This document shows positions 54,781-64,000 of a DNA stretch of 64,000 nucleotides, in pieces; position 1 is the first letter of the stretch; each line of letters opens with the position of its first letter. This DNA is from Octopus vulgaris. Taxonomy: Eukaryota. The stretch is taken from contig OX597822.1 of the NCBI GenBank assembly GCA_951406725.2, forward strand, positions 72,230,001-72,294,000. The letters are read 5' to 3'. The notes beneath the pieces were generated by a model that saw only the letters and a list, made by a program, of their open reading frames with translations, made no database searches and was not told the origin of the DNA. Position numbers and translations under genes: made by a program.

Positions 54781-56033
54781 GTGCAGTGGGGTAATAGTGG
54801 TGGATGGTGGTGGGTGATAGCTCGGATGTTTTTTTCCAGTTCTTTTGCTAGATTCATTATAGCTAAAAAAGAGGAAGAAGAGGTGGTTTCCTGTCTAGGG
54901 AACCGCAGGTGACTGTGGCCGCGGCTATTTTTATGTGAGTGGTTATCTTTAAATGTCCGACGAGTCCCCGGGAGATGGGTAAAGGGGCAATCCCTGTGCA
55001 AACACAATCTGTCTCGCTGGGAATAGCGGCAGATTTGGGGATTCCTTGTTTGAGATATTGGTGGTTGTGGTGGTGTTGTATTATGGTGGTTGCTGTTGTA
55101 GTTTGTGGGGATAGAGCGTTTTGTTCCAGGTAAATGGGTGAATTTGCAGTCTCTATCAGTGCACAGTCTATGGCGAAGAGAATATCGGCAAATGATGGGG
55201 TTTCGAGTGGGTGTGTAGGTGCGTGTGTGTGTGTGAGTTGTGAAAGGTGTAGATGATAGTTTGTTGAAGTTTTGGCGACCTTTGTGACCTGTAGGAGGTA
55301 AATTCCTTGAGATAGCATTAGTAGTAGTAGTTGTAGTAGTAGTAGTAGGTAGAAGAGATGTTGACAGTGGTAATGATTGAGGAGGTCGATTCCAAGACAA
55401 AGATGTTTGTCGATACATAGTGGGAGTAGTACTAGTAGTAGTAAGCAGAGGAGATGGTGTTGACAATGATGATGATTGAGCTGCTGGGGCAGTGAAAGGA
55501 AGGGGTGGTGCTTCCTGCTGTGTGACCCTGATGACTGGGGGGTCAATCGTTTCGTTTAGCAAATCGGCCATTGTAGATGAATCAAGGAGTGGTTCATCCT
55601 GTTGTTGTTGCTGTATCTGTTGTTGTTGTTGTTGCCGCTGAGTTTGTTGTTGAGGTTGTTGTTGTTGTTGTTGCCGCTGAGGTTGTTGCTGCTGAAGTTG
55701 TTGTTGCTGTAGCTGTTGTTGTTGTTGCCACTGAGTTTGTTGTTGTTGAGGTTGTTGTTGTTGTTGTTGCGCCGGTGATGCGTTCGAAGAGAAAACACAT
55801 CTCAGTTTATCGAAGTGTTTATTTATTAATTTAAAAGCAACTTCGATTTGTTTTAATTTATTTTGTATCTGCTGTTCAGATCGAGTTTGCAAATGGTGAA
55901 CTGTTCGTTTAGCAATTTCGTTCAGACACGAAGCACCTATGCTCTCTGTTTCGGTAAGGCCATGCCATGTGTTGATAAGAACGTCGACTTCATTATCAGA
56001 CCAGTTTTTGTTGGATTTTTGGTGGCTAGCCAT
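54771..56033 (-). CDS. LINE ORF1: Myb/SANT-like N-terminus, polyQ, two CCCH zinc fingers (420 aa)
   Basis: WSDNEVDVLI...RSEQQIQNKLKQI (trihelix/Myb-like); C-x8-C-x4-C-x3-H twice (ICRYSLRHRLCTDRDCKFTH, ICRYSQRDRLCLHRDCPFTH); overlaps ORF2 by 10 nt. Confidence 0.85.
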   Translation of the reverse strand: MASHQKSNKNWSDNEVDVLINTWHGLTETESIGASCLNEIAKRTVHHLQTRSEQQIQNKLKQIEVAFKLINKHFDKLRCVFSSNASPAQQQQQQPQQQQTQWQQQQQLQQQQLQQQQPQRQQQQQQPQQQTQRQQQQQQIQQQQQDEPLLDSSTMADLLNETIDPPVIRVTQQEAPPLPFTAPAAQSSSLSTPSPLLTTTSTTPTMYRQTSLSWNRPPQSLPLSTSLLPTTTTTTTTTNAISRNLPPTGHKGRQNFNKLSSTPFTTHTHTRTYTPTRNPIICRYSLRHRLCTDRDCKFTHLPGTKRSIPTNYNSNHHNTTPPQPPISQTRNPQICRYSQRDRLCLHRDCPFTHLPGTRRTFKDNHSHKNSRGHSHLRFPRQETTSSSSFLAIMNLAKELEKNIRAITHHHPPLLPHCTCH

Positions 56034-56464
56034 TCTGGTTGATATGTTTTATTAAATTTTATTTTGTTCGTTTGTTTTGTTGATTACTTTTAATTATTTT
56101 TTTTTTTTAAGAAAGTATGTAGAATTGATTTACAGAATGTTTGCTGTAATACTGAGAAGTTTGTATTTGAATTATGAGCTTGTAGTTATTTTATCTTTCT
56201 TTTCTTTTCTTTTTTTCCCTCTTTTTCTAATTTTTTATGTGTGGGTGATCCTTTAGTTATCAGAAGGTGTTTGAAAATATTTGGTCGTTTGAAAATTATG
56301 AAAATAGTTTGTGGTTAAGGAAAAGTCTACTCACGAGTTGGGAAAAAGCGTGGTTTCAAATATACAGGAATATATGTGATGGTCAATTACGACGAATGTA
56401 GCTGTGAAGCTTGCTGCTGACCGGCGCAGAGAGGAGTAAAAACACGTCTTATCGTCTCAGCTTC

Positions 56465-56524
<60 letters not shown>

Positions 56525-57159
56525 TTACTTTATTTCAAAATTCATAATCACTATTTTACTGTGAAAATGCGAATAGTAAACTAGGAAACATGGAAAGCTG
56601 AAGTTTCAAATAAACAAATACACACCGACACACTTAGTCATATTGGTGTACTTTAGAAAGCGTGATTTAAAGACCATACAAATAAATATAGGATAAGCCC
56701 TTCATTTACCTGTTGCCAAATCGAAGATTAGATATAATACTAAGATACTATGTTAAAACGTACGACAGAGCTTATATGAATAGCTCACTAAAAACACGTT
56801 TGGTAAACTGAGTGAAGTGCGATGATGCAAGCTTTTTCAAACGAACTTCAATGCATTTAGCATAGAAACTGTTATGAAGATATGTGATTTTCTCAACGAT
56901 AACTTTTACAATGATGAACTATATGGTGGTATTTAAATGGTCGTATAAACCATCGTCTGCGTTTCAATATTTATTATCTTTTCATTGTGTATCCAGCTGA
57001 TCTTTAGAATGCAGTGGTAATGAATTAGTAAACTGCAAGTAACATAGGCACTGAGATACAATAAATCATCGACCGTGCTCTTGTATTGTTAGTATGAATT
57101 AGCTGGTATTTCTTCGTGATGCTGTATGCGTGAGCGAGACTATGTATATGTGCATTTGG

Positions 57160-57480
57160 ATGAGAGACGTAAAGAGAAAGAGGGGGAGAGAGAAAGAGAG
57201 AGAGAGAAGGAGAGGGAGAGAGAAAGAGAGGGAGAGAGAAAGAGGGGGAGAGAGAAAGAGGGAGAGAGAAAGAGGGGGAGAGAGAAAGAGGGTAGAGAAA
57301 GAAGGAGAGAGAAGGAGAGAGAAAGAAGAGGGGAGAAAGAGGAAGTGAGAAAGAGGGAGAGAGAAAGAGGGAGAGACAAAGAGGGGGAGAAGGAGGGGGA
57401 GAGAAAGAAACGGAGAGAGTGATACGGAGAGAGAAACAAATATATGTGGAATGAGAAAGAGCGATAGAGAAAGAGAGAGT
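57160..57480. repeat. GA-rich polypurine tract
   Basis: Direct inspection. Confidence 0.9.
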
Positions 57481-58006
57481 GTGTGTTTGTGTGTGTGGGG
57501 AGAGTGCGTGTGTGGGTCGCTTCGGAACATTACCTGTGCTCCGTTTAAGCTTAATAGAAATTGATCAAGTTATATGACGACACAGGTGTCTAAGTGTTTG
57601 CATTATTTAGTATTGAAGGAGAGAAGTTGATTGGCGGAATTGGCGGCACATCGGCAGGATTGGTAGAAGGTCAAAGAAAGACTTTGCAATATTTAGTTGT
57701 ATTCCTCGATACTCTTGGTTCAAATTGCCCCGAAGTTGATTTCGGATTTCATCCATTTTTGTAACGATAATATTAGGAAGCGGTGAAGTACTAAGCGTAA
57801 TTTAATCAACTGTTGCCGTCCTCATAATACTAATACATGCATACTTCTATATATATATATATGTTTATTATTTATTTGAGAACACATTCTTTGTGGAAAT
57901 AAAACCGTTTTTGACGTCTATATCTAGCATGTTGACCGTCCACTTTTAGTGGTCAGTCCTTTAAATTTTGTATATATATATATATTTAATTCTTTTGCAG
58001 GAAGGA

Positions 58007-58080
58007 CTCGTTCGACGGGTCGTGTTCTGTCCTTACCTTCGAAACACGCATGGAGTCGAACCAGGGACAGCTGATGAAGG
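58007..58080 (+). ncRNA. Non-circularly permuted hammerhead ribozyme candidate, copy 1
   Basis: CGUGU-U-CUGUCC(58021-32) / CCUUC-GAAAC-ACG(58036-48) / GGACAG-CUGAUGA-AGG(58065-80); outer helix 58007-16 with 58055-64. Confidence 0.7.
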
Positions 58081-58191
58081 GAATATTCCTTGTATCGTTT
58101 GTCTTGTACTCTGTTTTTTCGTTGTTAAAAAAAGTCCGTTTCCATGTTTGTTTTTATGTTTTCGTTTCTCGTTTCTCATTGTATATATACA

Positions 58192-58233
<42 letters not shown>

Positions 58234-58797
58234 TGTATATATACATGTAGATGTAGGTACGTACATATGTGTATGTATGCATATATTTTATTTATTAAAT
58301 TATTGTATGACTGAGCGCCCTCGTGTCGTTTCGTTTCTTTTCTTTTCTCCAAGTAAGTTTTTATATATAATTATGACGCGGAACTCTGTAACCCTTTGCT
58401 TGACCTTTCCTTCCTTCCTGTCTGTCTTCCTCTTTGCCTGTCTCTCTCCTTCTTATTTTTCACCCTTTCTGGTTTCCTTTCCTCTCTATCTCTCTCTCTT
58501 TCTTACTCCTCCTCATCTCTCTCACTGCCGAGTCGACCAGCTTCTTTTCGCCCGCAGCCTTCTACAGGTCAACACGACTTTTTTCTTGCGCTCTGAATTT
58601 TTCCATCGTCTAGCCTAAAAAAGGCCCTCAATGTCCTGTTTTTATTCTTTATGTGTACTGTATTTTTTTGTATGTATTTTTATTTGTATTTGTATTTTTA
58701 TTTGTATTGCATTTACGTCCTGTTCTTGTCACATTTTTTCCTTCCTTGTTTTTACCCCTCTGCAAAGAAATTTTATTTAATTGTTTTGCAGGAAGGA

Positions 58798-58871
58798 CTG
58801 GTTCGGCGGGTCGTGTTCTGTCCTTACCTTCGAAACACGCACGGAGTCGAACCAGGGACATCTGATGAAGG
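58798..58871 (+). ncRNA. Non-circularly permuted hammerhead ribozyme candidate, copy 2
   Basis: Same layout shifted by 791 nt; outer helix CUGGUUCGGC/GUCGAACCAG; the first stem I pair is a mismatch. Confidence 0.6.
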
Positions 58872-58993
58872 GGAATATTCCTTGTATTGTTTGTCTTGTA
58901 CTCTGTTTTTTCGTTGTTAAAAAAAGTCCGTTTCCATGTTTGTTTTTGTTTTCGTTTCTCGTTGAGTTCTACGTCTATTTGTGGTGTCCTGTA

Positions 58994-59035
<42 letters not shown>

Positions 59036-59106
59036 TGTATATATACATGTAGATGTAGGTACGTACATATATGTATGTATGTATGCATATATTTTATTTA
59101 TTAAAT

Positions 59107-59150
<44 letters not shown>

Positions 59151-59261
59151 CAAAACAAAAAATGACTGAAACAAGTAAAAGAAAGGCGACAACAATACAT
59201 TCGGACAGTTAGATGGTACAAAAAAAGGACAGAAAAACAAGGACGAGATATTCAGAGCTAT

Positions 59262-59340
59262 CAATCTTCAGCCGAGAAGCAGATCCTCTTCGCAGTTTCG
59301 GTCGGTTAATCTCGAGACCGCTCTAACCTGGCCGGACCCA
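59262..59340 (-). ncRNA. Non-circularly permuted hammerhead candidate from a second, sequence-unrelated family
   Basis: GCGGU-C-UCGAGA / GACC-GAAAC-UGC / UCUCGG-CUGAAGA; outer helix GGGUCC/GGAUCU. Confidence 0.65.
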
Positions 59341-59502
59341 AGAAAATCTAAGCTAAGAGCACTAGAATCTTTGGAAGAAAGCAAGTGAATGTATACGAAA
59401 ACAATGACGGTAAAAAATGGAGAAATGATACACAAATACAAACAGCAGGACATTAACAACTGGTGTCTTTCGACTAAGGACGAATTAAATTAAGCTGGCG
59501 TG

Positions 59503-59557
<55 letters not shown>

Positions 59558-59560
59558 CTA

Positions 59561-60280
59561 TTGGCTTGGCAACTAAGTTCCCGCTGTTTTATATTTAAAT
59601 TTTGGAATGCACTGCGTTTTTAAATTTTGGAATCTAATTTTTTTAAAGTTAATTTTAGTTAATTTTTGTTTATTTTCAGATCATTGAAATGGAATGTCAA
59701 ATTAAGAAAAACGAGCATTTCTTTTTTTTTTTGCTTTTAATCAAGGTTCTAAGACCGCAAAAGCTGCTCGCGACATTTGTGCTGTGTATGGAGACGGTGC
59801 CATAGCTGAAAGAACCGCTCGTGATTGGTATGCCAAGTTCAAAAATGGAAATTTCGATATCAAAGACGCACCTTGTTCTAGCCGTCCAGCTGAGCTCGAT
59901 GAAGAGCGATTAAACCAACTTTTGCACAAAAATTCTCGTCAAACGACAAGGGAACTGGCAGAGAAAATGGAATGCTCCCACACTGCCGTATGGTGGGACT
60001 GGGAAAGGATCATCCATTACGAATTGCTTGAACAGAACCAAACGGTCAACGCGAAACTCTATGTTCAACAGATGGAACAACTCAACACGGCTATTCAAGA
60101 AAAAAGACCTAATCGGCTGCATGGAGTTCTTTTGCTGCATGAGAACGCCCGCCCTAATATCGCCAATATGATCGAGGAAGCCATTCAAACCCATGGCTAG
60201 GAAGTGCTGCCACACCAGCCGTACTCTCTTGATTTGGCACCATCGGACATCCACTTCTTTCGATTTCTTTCAAATGTTAT
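59561..60280 (+). mobile_element. Truncated, internally deleted mariner (third family)
   Basis: TA + TTGGCTTGGCAACTAAGTTC TIR; ERTARDWYAKFKNG HTH, VWWD, LLLHENARP, HQPYSLDLAPSD. Confidence 0.88.
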
Positions 60281-60528
60281 TCATCATTAGTCTGCTCGTT
60301 CAAGGTTGACTTGAACTAATGACTAACCAGAAATAACAGTTACTTCTATGACTTATATAAACCTTGTTCAAATCAAGCAAAAGCGTGGCTCTCAGTATTA
60401 ACAGCAGTTATGGCCCGGACACAGAACAGACTTCTTTATTAAATTTCACCCCCATCCCCACCACCACCAACAACAATAATAGCTGCAACAAAGTTCGCTA
60501 ACCACTACTACTACCACTACTACTACCA

Positions 60529-60582
<54 letters not shown>

Positions 60583-60629
60583 TCACCACCACCAACAACA
60601 CTACTATCATCCCCCACTACTACTACTAC

Positions 60630-60846
60630 TGGTTTTAAAATGTTGACAGAAAGCTAGCAATTTCGGAAGGAGGGGCTAAGTCGATTACATCGACCCCAGT
60701 GCTCCACTGTTATTTATTTTATCGATCCAGAAAAAATGAAAGGCAAAGTCGGTCTCGGTGGGTTTTGAACACAGAACGTAAAGACGGACGAAATCCTGCT
60801 AAGCATTTTGTCCGATGTGCTAACGATTCTGCCAGCGCGCCGCCTT
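60630..60846 (-). mobile_element. SINE family B
   Basis: Reverse of the family B head and tail. Confidence 0.75.
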
Positions 60847-60887
60847 ACTACTACTACTACTACTACTAACACCACCACCACCACCAT

Positions 60888-60940
<53 letters not shown>

Positions 60941-60988
60941 ATACTAATAATAATAATAATAAAAATAGCAATTGTTTCAAATTTTGGC

Positions 60989-61052
<64 letters not shown>

Positions 61053-61078
61053 TAATAGTAATTGCTTCAAATTTTGCC

Positions 61079-61109
<31 letters not shown>

Positions 61110-61111
61110 TT

Positions 61112-61719
61112 AACCCTGAAAAGAGGGAAACTAGTTAAGAGTAGCAACATCACACTAGATAAAGCCAATGAAATAAGAGAATTAGACCAAAGCCAAACTT
61201 ACAAATATTTAGGAATCCGTAAACTAGATATGATATAGCACACACAAATGAAAGAGAAAATAAAGAAAGAATAATACAGACGAGTTAGATCAATACTAAA
61301 AACAGAGCTCAATGCTAAAAACAAGATAATAGATATTAACGCTTTAGCCGTCCCAGTTATAAGTTACAGCTACAATATCCTTAACTGGACACTAAATGAA
61401 CTAACCAAAATAGATAGGAAAATAAGAAAAATAAGGATAGGATCTAGGATGCATCACCCAAAATCTGACTTAGAAAGGCTATATATACAATGTATAGGTA
61501 GAGGCCTTATACAGTTGGAAAACTATTGTAAAATAACCACCGCAGGACTACAAAAATATCTACTTCAGAAGCAAGGAAAACTGATACAAATAGCGGCAAA
61601 ACACGAGCAAAACAAAAAACTGTTCTCAGTATTTAAGGAAGCTGACAAATACAAACAAGAAATCATACCACCTAATAAACATGAAGAAGAAGAAGAAGAA
61701 GAAGAAGAAGAAGAAGAAG

Positions 61720-61751
<32 letters not shown>

Positions 61752-62683
61752 GAAGAAGAAGAGGAAACATCAACAAAAGCTATAAAAAATAAAATCCAAA
61801 CTAAAACTAGGACAGCAACGGACCATGATAAAACGATGGCAAGTAAAGCCCTTTCATGGCAAATACTGGACTAAACGCAAAAGATACAGACAAAGAAAAA
61901 TCCCAGCAATGGTTGAGAAGCTCAGGACTCAAAGCAGAGACGGAGGGAGTTTTAATTGCAGCACAAGACCAAAGCCTCCCCACCAGAAATTACCAAAAAC
62001 ATATAATGAAAAGAAACATAACAAGTAACTGCAGAATATGTGGAGATAGAGAAGAAACAAAAAATCATATTATCTCTGGCTGCCCAGTCCTGGCTAAGAA
62101 GGAATATATTCACAGACACAACAGAGTTGGGAGCTACATACATGGAAGCTATGCCAACATTATGGAATAACAACAGAAAGAAGACGGTATAGGGATACAC
62201 CAGAAAAGGTCACAGAAAACGAGAAAGCAACCATACTCTGGGATATGCCAATACATACAGATAGAGAAATTAAGGCCAATAGGCCAGATATAGTTGTCAG
62301 AGATCATGAAGAAAAGAAATGCTTTCTAATTGATGTATCAATACCAGCAGACGACAACGTGTCTCTAAAAGAAATGGAGAAACTTTCAAAATACAAAGAC
62401 CTGGAAATGGAAGTAACTCGAATGTGGAATCTAAAAACAGAAACAATTCCTATCATAGTACGCGCATTAGATATGATAAAAAAAAATATTCAGACTAATA
62501 CATAACAAAAACACCAGGACTTACAAACACGTATAACATACAGAAAATTGCACTATTGGGCACTGCACACATACTACGCAAAACACTTTCAATACAGTAA
62601 CCAAATCACAGCACATACCCAAGGCACACAGAGCTGCGCTCGTTAGTGAAATGAAAGCACGTTATAAAAATAAAACTACTGAA
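61112..62683 (+). mobile_element. 5'-truncated, decayed R4/Dong-clade RLE LINE within (TAA)n
   Basis: TYKYLG, HHPKSDLERLY..GRGL, AAQDQSL, CRICGDREET.NHIISGC (CCHC), RHN, NRPDIVV..CFLIDV (PD-D/ExK); stops and frameshifts; (TAA)n on both sides. Confidence 0.9.
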
Positions 62684-62736
62684 TAATAACAACAACAACA
62701 ACTATAATGATAATAATAATAATAATAATAATAATG

Positions 62737-62771
<35 letters not shown>

Positions 62772-63411
62772 TAGTAATTGTTTCAAATTTTGGCATAATG
62801 ATAATACTAATAATAATTAATAATAATTCAATGACAGTTCAAAAGAAAATCACTTACTATATTTAACCAGAGATTTGATGCAAGGTTCTGGTTTTTCTCA
62901 TCCTGCAAAACAATGGTAAAAAAAACGAGGTAGTTATTAGTGATACATGGCAAATATTAGTCTCAATACCCATACATACTTCTCTCCGTTCCTTTACAAC
63001 CTCCCCCCACACAGACGGATATAGAAATACAAATTTGTTATGTCAAGATATATACAAACCAATTTAACATTAAAGGGAAAGGTTATTCAATTCTTTTCAG
63101 TGAAAACATTTTTATCCAGCAAGCGTTTTCAAGGAAAGTCGTTGACAGTGACTTTGAATGTTCAACTTGCCCGCCTTTGTCAAGCAGACCGTGCTTTATT
63201 TCGGTTATTTTAGGTTTTAAATCATCTTCAGCAAGTTATGTTTTGAGGTAGGAAGAGCGTATGCGAACTGATAATTAGGTATTAATACATACCCCACCAC
63301 ACACACACACATTTGGATGGATGGATGGATAGCTAGAAGTTTTGAGAGTTTTTTGAGAGAGGCCGTTGTAACTGTCCTAGATTATCTAAATTTAGGTATA
63401 TTATTTCTAAA

Positions 63412-63730
63412 TGAGGCACAATGGCCCAGTGGTTAGGGCAGCGGACTCGCAGTTAGAGAATCGCGGTTTCGATTCCCAGATCGGGCGTTGTGTGTGTTTA
63501 TTGAGCGAAAACACCTAAAGCTCCACGAGGCTCCGGCAGGGGTGGGGGTGGGGTGGCGACCCCTGTTGTACTCTTTCGCCCCAACTTTCTCTCACTCTTT
63601 CTTCCTGTTTCTTGAGTAACGCTGCGATGGACTGGCGTCCCATCCAGCTGGGGGGAACACATACGTTACAGAAACCGGGAAACCGGGCCCATGAGCCTGA
63701 CTAGGCTTGAAAAGGGCACATAAATAAATA
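63412..63730 (+). mobile_element. tRNA-derived SINE family C
   Basis: GGCACAATGGCCCAGTGGTTAGGGCAGCGGACTCGC...GGTTTCGATTCCCAG head; A-rich tail. Confidence 0.85.
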
Positions 63731-64000
63731 AATATAAAAATATTGTTTCTATAAGCTGACCTGCCAAATGCTTGTTATTCCAGATTGGCGGAAACGGCTG
63801 TAACACCACTTGCCACAGCGGACTAGTTTACAGAATGCAGATGAGACGTGATGGCAATTTGGAAGTTGGGTATGCAAAACATGTTTGTGTTAAATTACTG
63901 GGCAAAAGCGCTACAGAAGCTTAGTAAATGCTCCCGTCTGCTTATGGGTTAACTGGAATGAGCCGAGCATCTGTTCTTCGATGGCAAAAGAGGTTGAAGG

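Larger units (their letters stand above)
51682..56466 (-). mobile_element. Full-length CR1-group LINE inserted in (TA)n
   Basis: About 430-nt 5'UTR, ORF1, ORF2, about 80-nt 3'UTR with a GGCC-AATACT-GGCC stem-loop; (TA)n on both flanks. Confidence 0.93.
57985..59110 (+). mobile_element. Non-coding tandem element (about 791-bp period, 1.4 copies) carrying permuted hammerheads; retrozyme/pLTR-like
   Basis: Direct repeats at about 57985-58305 and 58775-59110; no credible ORF. Confidence 0.75.

Noticed and set aside
56035-56334. Possible intron in the LINE 5'UTR (GTGAGT donor, CAG just before the ORF1 ATG)
   Set aside because: No polypyrimidine tract before the acceptor; unsupported without transcripts

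Overview
AT-rich, microsatellite-dense eukaryotic DNA, most likely an octopus (coleoid cephalopod) genome; this is inferred from the SINE families and the (TA)n/(TAA)n/(TCTA)n load. No host protein-coding exon can be supported. The window is mostly mobile DNA. (1) A full-length, apparently intact CR1-group LINE (51682-56466, minus) sits in a (TA)n tract; its ORF1 has a Myb/SANT-like N-terminus, polyQ and two CCCH fingers, and its ORF2 is an intact APE-RT. (2) A 5'-truncated Penelope-like element (44625-46866) has an open GIY-YIG ORF, 83-bp inverted termini and a type I hammerhead ribozyme. (3) A decayed R4/Dong-type RLE LINE sits in (TAA)n. (4) There are several mariner relics and MITEs, a HINE/DINE-like Helitron derivative and many tRNA-derived SINEs. 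The most striking signal is a set of hammerhead-ribozyme cores whose three strands occur in a non-circularly permuted order, clamped by an extra outer helix. They appear in two tandem copies (58007-58080, 58798-58871), in a sequence-unrelated element (59262-59340, minus) and in degenerate form at 48146-48218. All RNA structures were paired by eye and are untested.
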